Position numbers and translations under genes: made by a program | Part shown: positions 21,304 through 29,863 of the stretch, piece after piece | How the letters are laid out: each line of letters begins with the position of its first letter | How positions within the stretch are numbered: position 1 is the first letter of the stretch | The notes under the pieces: generated by a model | What the model was told of the DNA's origin: nothing | The model's database searches: none | What the model saw: the letters and a program-made list of their open reading frames with translations, nothing else | Source: an uncultured Methanosarcinaceae archaeon | Lineage (GTDB): Archaea > Halobacteriota > Methanosarcinia > Methanosarcinales > Methanosarcinaceae | DNA: 64,000 nucleotides | Direction of reading: 5' to 3' | NCBI GenBank assembly: GCA_963721455.1 | Contig: CAVRJG010000039.1 | Coordinates: forward strand, 32,001 to 96,000

Positions 21304-21591
21304 TTTACATCCCCAATACATTAAACTATAATTCATTAAGATTAAAAAAAGTTACCTATTGAAGACTGCAGATTGACTCCTATGGAAAATATCTGCATTC
21401 TTTCCGCTGCTTGGATCTCAAGATCATAATCCTAAAAAGAATATATTTTGCCCTTAAAAATTTATTGAAATGTACTCCCTGGAAATCCCGGCCCCTTTTA
21501 TTAGTAAATGAGTTGACTCAAAACTTGATTTAACCTTTTTAAATTGTGTGCCACATACAGGGATGTAATATTTTTTTTGTTTTTAATTTTA

Positions 21592-21709
21592 TAGGACTTA
21601 CGCATGTAAGGTACAAAATCAAGCACATTAGGCGTTGTGATTGCGTTAGTGTTTTATACAGTTGAAGGTTTAATACTATTGATTTCTCAGTTCAACCGCG
21701 TAAGTCCTA
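21592..21709. mobile_element. MITE (~118 bp) with TA-flanked terminal inverted repeats
   Basis: TAGGACTTACGC ... GCGTAAGTCCTA perfect 12-bp inverted repeat, non-coding interior. Confidence 0.75.
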
Positions 21710-21838
21710 AAGTATTATTTGTAAGGAGCATTTCTTCTTTATATTTTATATAAATCTTTATTATATTCATAATGAAGTGCCTACAGTTGATTCATTTCAG
21801 GCTCTTAAGACCTGTCATTTTTAAGTATTGGAGTTTGG

Positions 21839-22546
21839 GTGTTAATGGCTGACTGCACTTCAGGATTTTGGGAGTGTAAACTTACCAGATTCTGGAATAT
21901 ATCAGGGGTCTATCGAATCTGCAAAAGTGAGTATAGGGGTATATTTATTATCAGGTCAAAAGCAGATTACGATTTTTACGTTAAAGCAGACAAATTTGCT
22001 TTAGGGAAAAATTATGAAAGGCCTAAATTAATTGGCGATGATATCTGGAAATTTCAGAGAATACTAAGAAAGGCTGAATATTACAATAACTGTAAGAAAT
22101 CCCCAATTTCCACGTTATATTTCAAATATATATTATTCAGATACTACCTGATGAGCGTTCACCTCGGGTTTAGTATTCCAATAAATGTCTTTGGTCCAGG
22201 GTTGTGTATCGCCCATAGAGGAACTGTTGTTATAAATAAAAACTCCCGGGTCGGAGAGAATTGTAGAATACATGCCTGTACCAATATAGGATCTAATAGA
22301 GACGATGTTTCGGCACCACAAATCGGAAATAATGTGTATATTGGGCCAGGCGCCAAAATTTTTGGAGACATTGTAATTGCTGATAATATTGCAATTGGGG
22401 CAAATTCTGTCGTAAACAAATCGTTTTATGAAACAAATATTTCAATTGCAGGAATCCCTGCTAAAAAAATAAATGCAAAAGGGTCAGGTGGAATTGTAAT
22501 CAAGGCTACGCGAATCATTAAAAGCGGTCTTGATTCTACTAAATAA
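21839..22546 (+). CDS. Serine-acetyltransferase-like hexapeptide (LbH) O-acetyltransferase, likely acting on polysaccharide; true start uncertain
   Basis: FGPGLCIAHRG, IGNNVYIGPGAKIFG, IGANSVV and AGIPAK hexapeptide motifs. Confidence 0.82.
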   Translation: MLMADCTSGFWECKLTRFWNISGVYRICKSEYRGIFIIRSKADYDFYVKADKFALGKNYERPKLIGDDIWKFQRILRKAEYYNNCKKSPISTLYFKYILFRYYLMSVHLGFSIPINVFGPGLCIAHRGTVVINKNSRVGENCRIHACTNIGSNRDDVSAPQIGNNVYIGPGAKIFGDIVIADNIAIGANSVVNKSFYETNISIAGIPAKKINAKGSGGIVIKATRIIKSGLDSTK

Positions 22547-22630
22547 ATATTTAGCAAACGACTGTTAAAAATTGTTTGGATACTTTTGCCGGATACTCCG
22601 CTAAAGGATAATCTGAGCAAGCTTAACTCT

Positions 22631-22652
22631 AAGGAAGGGGGTTCCCTTCCTT
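22631..22652. terminator. Inverted repeat between convergent genes
   Basis: AAGGAAGGG-GGTT-CCCTTCCTT perfect 9-bp stem. Confidence 0.45.
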
Positions 22653-22678
22653 GCCGGGAAGAAGCAGGAAAGGGTAGT

Positions 22679-24292
22679 TCAGTATGTCATATTAAAGCAA
22701 AATAAGAAGAATATCCTCAGCAGTAACCTGAATATTTTCCATTCTGGTGATAATATCTGGTTCCACCACACAATGTACCCGGGCATAGTCCCTGAGATAG
22801 AAGCATATTCTGTATTTCCGTACCTTCCGATGTTAACCCTGCCTCCGTTGTCTCCAGGTTCCTTTGAATAGTCAGAGGACGGATAACCGGCATCAATGCA
22901 GGGGGAGCTTATAAGGTCCTTTACCCATGTTTTCCCGTTCCACCTTCCACCTGTTGATTTCAGGTGGTAATCATGGTTTTTCTGGTCTGCAAAGAGAGGG
23001 TCTGCGTGGATATCTGTTGTTGACCCGGCATTTCTGTAATCTCCTGCTTTATTATTGTAAAGGCAGTTATTTTCCAGCACAAATGTATGTGTTCCAGTGA
23101 GGTAATTGATAACTCCATACCCTGTCCCATTCTGATCTTTCGCACGCTGCTGAGTATTTATGATTATGTTATTGCGGACAATTGTTGTGTATCCCATATC
23201 TTTGGGTGAAAGGTCTGTGTAATAACCTGTAGGATACATATGGATAACGGCAGCATGGTATGTACCGTCAAATACATTATCCTCAACGAGGGTATTGTAA
23301 AATCCACTTGTCACTATACCTCCTACCCAGTCGATACCCGGGTTCGTACCGGTACTGTAGAAGATATTGTGGTGAATATATACGTTATGTGCCTCTTCCC
23401 TGGGGTAAGAATCACCATAGCCTAACAGCCAGATTCCAGGTCCATAGGTGTTATGGATTGTATTATTATACACCTCTATGTCGTTCATCACACCTGTTGA
23501 TTTCTGGATTTGAATGCCCGGCCCGCCTGCACTCCAGTGGTAGAAAGAGTCTATTATGTTATCATGGAATTTTACGTGGTTTGAGTTCCATATTCTAAGA
23601 GCGCTGTTAGTCCTGCATGTTATTTTGTTGTTCCAGGCCTCTATGTTCTGACAATCAATAGCATAAAAGCCATCATGCCCCAGTTTATACACTTTGTTAT
23701 TATAAAACTGAATATTAGAGCTTCTCTCTATTTTCAGCCCGTCTCCATGCCCATCGTGCATGTACATAGAGTGGACCTGTATGTTCCTGGAATTAGAGAA
23801 ATAAATCTGATTGTAATATCCCTCTCCTCTCTTTTTTTCATCGTTCTTGTTATGGTTTCCGTCAATTTCAAATCCTTTTATAGTGATATTATGGTTTCCG
23901 GCACTGTCCGTTTGCGTGATCAGAGGCTTATCCCTTGGCCAGTTCGCTCCGTTTTTAAGTTTAATTACGGCTGTGGGATCTCCTTCCAGAACTGTGTCGC
24001 TTCCAATTAAAATACTGTCCGAAATGACGTATGTATTGGGACCCTTTAGATGAACGGTTGTGAACTGAGGGTTTTCTGCAACATCTGCAAGAGCTTTGTT
24101 TATCTCTACCTGGTCATCACTTCCATCGCAGTTGAAATTTCCCCTCCCATCGGCAGCAACATACACAGTTGTGCTGGGTGATGTAGTAGAAAGGGCGGTT
24201 GTTCCCAATGCAACCAAAAAAATTAAAATTGCAAGGTAAACTCCTGTTTTTTTCCAGTTTTGCCATCTGTATCTCAGATCTTTTCCGTTCAT
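22679..24292 (-). CDS. Secreted right-handed beta-helix protein, disaggregatase-related; paralog of 19213-21303
   Basis: Same N-terminal architecture (NCDGSDDQVEINKAL, EGDPTAVIKL, AWNNKITCRTNS); C-terminal DPLFAD..DYHLKS..SPCIDAG..NGGRVNIG.YG. Confidence 0.85.
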   Translation of the reverse strand: MNGKDLRYRWQNWKKTGVYLAILIFLVALGTTALSTTSPSTTVYVAADGRGNFNCDGSDDQVEINKALADVAENPQFTTVHLKGPNTYVISDSILIGSDTVLEGDPTAVIKLKNGANWPRDKPLITQTDSAGNHNITIKGFEIDGNHNKNDEKKRGEGYYNQIYFSNSRNIQVHSMYMHDGHGDGLKIERSSNIQFYNNKVYKLGHDGFYAIDCQNIEAWNNKITCRTNSALRIWNSNHVKFHDNIIDSFYHWSAGGPGIQIQKSTGVMNDIEVYNNTIHNTYGPGIWLLGYGDSYPREEAHNVYIHHNIFYSTGTNPGIDWVGGIVTSGFYNTLVEDNVFDGTYHAAVIHMYPTGYYTDLSPKDMGYTTIVRNNIIINTQQRAKDQNGTGYGVINYLTGTHTFVLENNCLYNNKAGDYRNAGSTTDIHADPLFADQKNHDYHLKSTGGRWNGKTWVKDLISSPCIDAGYPSSDYSKEPGDNGGRVNIGRYGNTEYASISGTMPGYIVWWNQILSPEWKIFRLLLRIFFLFCFNMTY

Positions 24293-24647
24293 TTTTTATC
24301 CCTGTACTTTTAATTATAAATCTCCAAGCGTGAAAAAAGTTATCTGCAGGGAGTATTGCCAGTTGAATTTGGGGACAGATTAGCATTTCTTTTTAATTTC
24401 GTCGATTTCACGGTTGCCTTACTGAAATAGCCTTTTACTGGTTTCCATTCCCTTAGAGCGTCTGGAAAAAATAAGGACAAAATAAAGACAACACTCATTG
24501 ATTGCGGCAGTGTACAAAAAGCTTATGTGCTTAAAATTTCTTTAATTGAGTTGAGGGACACTGAAAAAGTTAGAACTGTTGAGGCTAATTACATCCTTTG
24601 ATTTTCTATGTTATAATTTCTTAATCTGATATGAAATTATGAGTTAC

Positions 24648-25823
24648 TAGTCGTGGCAATTTAATTATTTCATATAATACTTTGACATTTTCTCATCCGC
24701 ATTCTTCCTCGTAAATTTCCATTCTATTTTCTTTTGGTGTTCATTCCTTCTCTTTGTCCATGCACCCACTTCATGGGTAAGTGTCTCCGTGTCACCGATC
24801 CTTCTGTCTGTACATTCAATATCCATCACATTGATCTCTATTTCTGCGGCATTGAGCCAACTTGCATGTTTTGGCGTATAATGAAATTCTATCTTGTCCA
24901 GAATCTGTTTTGCTTCATCTTCGCTGAATGTTTCGTAGAATGACTTTTTCTTTGTGGATATTGAGATTATCCGTAACCAGTCGGAGGACTTCAGTTTCAG
25001 AATATTTTTCGGTAACGAGAATTTTCACGAATTGTGCAAAATCCTTCCTGGTTCTTCTTTTGGTTACCTGAATCACCCTTTTTCCTGCTTTGAACTCTAC
25101 CGTCATGAATATGTTTGCTGTTCCATTCCTGACATATTCATAATCATACTTTTCTGAGTTTCCAGGCTTCATGGGAATGGTCATTCTCTTATCCCTAAGC
25201 AGTTGCTTTGGTTTCTCGTCAAGACAGATGATAGGTTTTTTAGGGTCGTAATCCTCTTCGTAAAGATTAAGAATGTCGTACATCCTGTCTCTGTATTCGG
25301 AATCAATCGTCTGAATGCACCACATCCGTCTCAACCAGGGTTTAGTTTTGCTTTTTTTAGAATAAGCCTGATGCTCTCTTTGTTTATTGTTTCAAATCCT
25401 TCTTTTTTCTTCAGTTCTTCAGTAAGCAGTGTAAGCAACCACCTCTTGCTTCCATCGGGAGAACTGGTAAATGCTAGCGCAATATTTCTGCAACATGTTT
25501 TTCGGTGTATTTTTTAGGTTGACAGGGTCGTGGTTTGTCCAAAAGAGCACTTGGAAGACCTTCTTCAACGTATCTTTTCCTTATATTAAAAGTAGTATTC
25601 CTAGAAACACCTAATGTTCTCGCTATCTCTGTACCCATTTTTTGTTGGTTTGCCAGGAGTAGGATACGTGCTCTGGTTAGCTCTCTCGGCACTTTTATGC
25701 CCTTTTCTCACAAAATCCATAAGGAAATTTACCTCGTGATCTTCAAGGTTAATCGTTAGCATGAAGATGTAAAGGGATTCGGAGCTTATTAAGTCAACAA
25801 ATAATTAAATTTTCGCGACACTC
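24648..25823 (-). mobile_element. Decayed IS630-family insertion sequence
   Basis: HTH fragment (RARILLLA..GVSRNT..IRKRY.EEGL) and DDE fragment (CLDEKPKQL, YDYEYVRNGTANIF, LVTDNLNIH) broken by frameshifts; degenerate TIRs GTCGTGGCAATTTAATTATT / AATAATTAAATTTTCGCGAC. Confidence 0.88.
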
Positions 25824-25867
25824 GTTTTTAGTAACTGAAAATTCAATAATAATTCCAGAACCCTCAG

Positions 25868-26350
25868 TCACGAGTTCAGAATCCAGATATAATAGTTAAG
25901 CAGCATAGCGAAGCTGACCCAGAGGATGTAAGGGAGTAGCAGATAAGAAGCTATTTTTGAAATCTTCCTAAACTTCAATATTGTCAGAAAGACTGCAAGC
26001 CAGAGCAAAATGATCTCAACAAAAGCGTAGTAAGGAGATTTTAGCCCAAAAAAAAGAAAAGACCACAGAGCATTAAGGCCTAATTGAATGCCGAAAATAA
26101 GCAGTCCCACTTTTATATCCTGTTGTTGCAACCCTTTTTCCCAAAAGAGATAAAGGGAGATTCCCATAAGCGTATAAAGCGTAATCCATACCGGAAAAAA
26201 GATCCAGGACGGAGGGTTGAAAGCCGGCTTTTCAAGCAAAAGATACCAGTTCTCAAGAGATGAAAAGGTAAATACTGAACCAATCGCCCCTGCAAGCTGG
26301 CAGAGCAGCACAGATGCCAGAAACTTGAAAAGATTTACTCTGTGAAACAT
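25868..26350 (-). CDS. tspO: TspO/MBR family tryptophan-rich sensory protein
   Basis: WY..LEKPAFNPPSWIF.PVWI.LY, LNALWSFLFFG and LLLPYILWVSFA..LN motifs. Confidence 0.92.
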   Translation of the reverse strand: MFHRVNLFKFLASVLLCQLAGAIGSVFTFSSLENWYLLLEKPAFNPPSWIFFPVWITLYTLMGISLYLFWEKGLQQQDIKVGLLIFGIQLGLNALWSFLFFGLKSPYYAFVEIILLWLAVFLTILKFRKISKIASYLLLPYILWVSFAMLLNYYIWILNS

Positions 26351-26628
26351 ATCAGACCTGGAAATTATTCTGTACTCTAATCTTTATTAATATTCGGATT
26401 GAAAAAAAGCTTTAACCTCCTGCCCCTGCCTTTTACAGCTTTTTTGCAAATGCGCCCGATCAAAGGGCTAAAATTCAAATCGTATGAAAAATCTATCCCT
26501 TAAAGAATGAGCTTTATATACATGAGATTAGAAATATATTCAATGAAGTGGGGATAAAGCATACAGATATTTTTAAAGGTAATGCAATCTATCGGGACTT
26601 CAATAACATCTTATTTAAGAATTGCCTT

Positions 26629-26669
26629 GGAAAAATATATATAGTATTAAGTCGGTAGTAGGTTACCGA
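26629..26669 (+). promoter_or_regulatory. glnA promoter (BRE/TATA) with palindromic NrpR-like operator
   Basis: GGAAAAATATATATA followed by the perfect palindrome TCGGTA-N6-TACCGA (26652-26669). Confidence 0.65.
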
Positions 26670-26692
26670 ATGCCTAGTGAGAGTGGAATCAA

Positions 26693-28036
26693 ATGGTACA
26701 GATGAAAAAGTGTACAACCAAAGAAGATGTGATAGAGTCTGTAAATGAGAGAGACGTGAAGTTTATCCGGACCCAGTTTACGGATACACTCGGCATCATC
26801 AAAAGCTGGGCAATTCCTGTAGAACAACTGGAAGAAGCTTTTGAAAGCGGTGTAATGTTTGACGGGTCTTCGATTCAGGGCTTTACAGGAATTGAAGAGT
26901 CTGACATGAAACTCGTGCTTGACCCGTCTACTTTTAGAATTCTTCCCTGGAGACCTGCAACCGGTGCAGTAGCCAGAATTCTCGGAGATGTATATCTTCC
27001 CGACGGAGAGCCCTTCCAGGGAGACCCCAGGTATGTTCTTAAGAGCGCAATCAAAGAAGCCGAAAAAATGGGGTTCTCGATGAATGTAGGACCGGAACTG
27101 GAATTTTTTATCTTCAAACTTGACGCAAACGGAAACCCTACTACAGAACTTACTGACCATGGTGGATACTTCGATTTCGCGCCCCTTGACAGAGCCCAGG
27201 ACGTTCGCAGGGACATTGACTATGCCCTTGAAAATATGGGGTTCCACATCGAGGCTTCACATCACGAAGTCGCACCCTCCCAGCATGAAATAGATTTCAG
27301 GTTCGGTGATGTACTTAGCACGGCAGACAATGTTATAACCTTCAAATATGTTGTCAAGTCCATTGCTTACCACAAAGGATACTATGCCTCATTTATGCCA
27401 AAACCCCTCTTCGGCGTAAACGGCTCGGGAATGCACAGCAACCAGTCTCTCTTCAAGGACGGGAAGAATGCGTTCTATGACCCGAACACTCCAACCCAGC
27501 TTTCACAGGACGCAATGTACTATATTGGCGGGCTGTTAAAGCATATTAGAGAATTTGCAGCTGTTACAAACCCAGTTGTTAACTCCTATAAGAGAATTGT
27601 GCCCGGATATGAAGCTCCAGTTTATATCACATGGTCTGCAAAGAACAGGAGTTCTTTGATCAGGATTCCTGCCACCCGTGGCAACGGAACAAGGGTTGAA
27701 CTCAGGTGCCCGGATCCGGCCTGTAACCCCTATCTGGCCTTCGCCCTCATGCTAAGATCTGGACTTGATGGGATAAAGAATAAGATAGAACCAGGGGAAC
27801 CTACCAACCTGAACATTTTCCATCTTACTGAAAAAGAGCGCGAGGAAAGAGGCATTCGCTCCCTACCTGCAGACCTCAAGGAAGCAATTGATGAGATGAG
27901 AGGCAGCACATTCGTAAAGGAAGTGCTTGGGGACCATGTTTTCAGTCACTACCTCTGTGCGAAAGACATGGAATGGAATGAATACAAGGCAATGGTTCAC
28001 CCCTGGGAACTTTCTACCTACCTCCATATGCTGTAA
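26693..28036 (+). CDS. glnA: Glutamine synthetase type I
   Basis: FDGSSIQGF, ESDM, HHEVAPSQHE, FMPKP, NGSGMH, PGYEAP and RVELRCPD motifs. Confidence 0.97.
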   Translation: MVQMKKCTTKEDVIESVNERDVKFIRTQFTDTLGIIKSWAIPVEQLEEAFESGVMFDGSSIQGFTGIEESDMKLVLDPSTFRILPWRPATGAVARILGDVYLPDGEPFQGDPRYVLKSAIKEAEKMGFSMNVGPELEFFIFKLDANGNPTTELTDHGGYFDFAPLDRAQDVRRDIDYALENMGFHIEASHHEVAPSQHEIDFRFGDVLSTADNVITFKYVVKSIAYHKGYYASFMPKPLFGVNGSGMHSNQSLFKDGKNAFYDPNTPTQLSQDAMYYIGGLLKHIREFAAVTNPVVNSYKRIVPGYEAPVYITWSAKNRSSLIRIPATRGNGTRVELRCPDPACNPYLAFALMLRSGLDGIKNKIEPGEPTNLNIFHLTEKEREERGIRSLPADLKEAIDEMRGSTFVKEVLGDHVFSHYLCAKDMEWNEYKAMVHPWELSTYLHML

Positions 28037-28487
28037 GCATAAGGAAATTTCCTGAAACCGGATACGCCGGAAAATCTGTTGCAGCAGATTTTAACAGGAA
28101 ATTTATTTCCGGATGCGTATATTTTCAGGCAAGTGTGTCACATCCTTCAAAAAAGTACCAATTGAATAAAGAGGAAATATCCTTACAGGCAATAAATTTC
28201 TATTAAAAATTTTTTTATTTTCGTCTGGAAAAATAAAGCCTGAAAAGAATATTGATATAAAAATGCTTTCCTATGAAACCTGCAGTTTTAATATTGTTAC
28301 TTTTTATATATAAGGAAACAGCTTGAACGCATTCCACAGGAAAATGATACTGCCGCTCTGAAGATGATAGCAGGATAAAGTATTGAAAACTCCAGTTCGG
28401 GAAAAAATCCCAGAGAAAAAAGAAAAATTAAAGGATTAAAACGCCGTGCTTCGCAACATTACTTCAAGAACTTCTAATCAGAAAAAA

Positions 28488-28526
28488 AGAAACATATATA
28501 TATTGTCAAATAGGTACTAAATTACT
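28488..28526 (+). promoter_or_regulatory. Putative glutamate synthase operon promoter with imperfect GGTA-N6-TACT operator
   Basis: GAAACATATATATA followed by GGTA-CTAAAT-TACT at the same 18-bp offset from TATATATA as at glnA. Confidence 0.5.
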
Positions 28527-28810
28527 TACTTCCCTTAGTGGTGACCCTCTCAATCTATACATAAGGAATAAAACCATATGTGAGAGCGTTGCTACTTACT
28601 TACATTAATTAGATAATTTAGATGAGACAAATATAGTTAAATATCCTTTAAATTATGAAAATTCATAAAAGATTACCCCTGAAACCCAGTTTCTCAGCTG
28701 GCAAGTTTTTTGAACTATTTCTCAAAAATGAGCCGCAGAAATTACCCGAAAATTATTAACGAACATACTTTGCGTTAGGTTCATTTCTATTTATTTCTAG
28801 AGTGATCAAA

Positions 28811-29863
28811 ATGTGTGGAATAATAGGCTTTATAGACCGAACTAAGTCCAGAATGGACGGGTCGAGCATAAAAGCCGCCCTCAGTCTCATGAACGAAAGA
28901 GGCAGTGGAGACGGGGCAGGTTATGCTGCATATGGGATATATCCCGACTATGCAGATTATTATGCTCTTCATGTTTTCTTTGACAACATGACAGAATCAA
29001 AAACGAAGGTTGATGAACTTCTCCAGCAGTGGGGAAAGATCGTTCATCAAGAAGAGATCCCGACTACTCCACAGCCCGGTATAAAAAAGGTACACACCCC
29101 CTGGAGATACTTTTTCAAGCCCTCAGAGGATCTGATGGCAGGAAGAATGGCCTCTGAAAATGATGTTGTTACTTATATAGTCATGGAAGTAAACGCCAAT
29201 GTAAAAGGAGCTACTATCTTTTCCTCCGGAAAGAACATGGGAGTTTTCAAAGCTTCCGGCTGGCCCGAAGATGTGGCAAACTTCTACATGATTGAAAATT
29301 ACAAGGGATACATCTGGCTCGCCCACAACCGCTATCCTACAAATTCTCCGGGCTGGTGGGGAGGAGCTCATCCCTTCAACCTGCTTAACTGGTCAGTAGT
29401 ACATAACGGAGAAATTACCTCATATGGTACAAACCAGCGCTATGTCGAAGGATATGGATACAAATGCACCCTGTTTACTGACACCGAAGTTGTAGCCTAT
29501 CTATTTGACCTGCTCGGAAGGCAGCATGAACTTCCGCATGAAATGGTTGTCCGGGCTCTTGCTCCGCCTTTCTGGGATGACATAGACCGGATGCCTGCAA
29601 AAGAAGCAGAACTAAACAAGGCAATCCGTCTGACCTACGGGTCTGCCCTCATGAACGGGCCCTTTGCAATCGTAGTCGGAACGGATGATGGAATTGTCGG
29701 CTTTACTGACAGGATTAAACTGCGTCCCCTCGTAGTTGGTGAGAACGGGAACCGGCTCTATATCTCCAGCGAAGAAGCTGCAATAAGGACCCTTGACCCC
29801 GAAGTTAAGAATATATACACTCCCAGGGCAGGAGAACCAATTGTAGGGAGGTTTATCGAATGA
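28811..29863 (+). CDS. gltB1: Glutamate synthase, glutamine amidotransferase subunit (GltB domain 1)
   Basis: N-terminal MCGI (Ntn nucleophile), ERG.GDGAG, HNRYPTN, AHPF and HNGEI motifs. Confidence 0.9.
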   Translation: MCGIIGFIDRTKSRMDGSSIKAALSLMNERGSGDGAGYAAYGIYPDYADYYALHVFFDNMTESKTKVDELLQQWGKIVHQEEIPTTPQPGIKKVHTPWRYFFKPSEDLMAGRMASENDVVTYIVMEVNANVKGATIFSSGKNMGVFKASGWPEDVANFYMIENYKGYIWLAHNRYPTNSPGWWGGAHPFNLLNWSVVHNGEITSYGTNQRYVEGYGYKCTLFTDTEVVAYLFDLLGRQHELPHEMVVRALAPPFWDDIDRMPAKEAELNKAIRLTYGSALMNGPFAIVVGTDDGIVGFTDRIKLRPLVVGENGNRLYISSEEAAIRTLDPEVKNIYTPRAGEPIVGRFIE

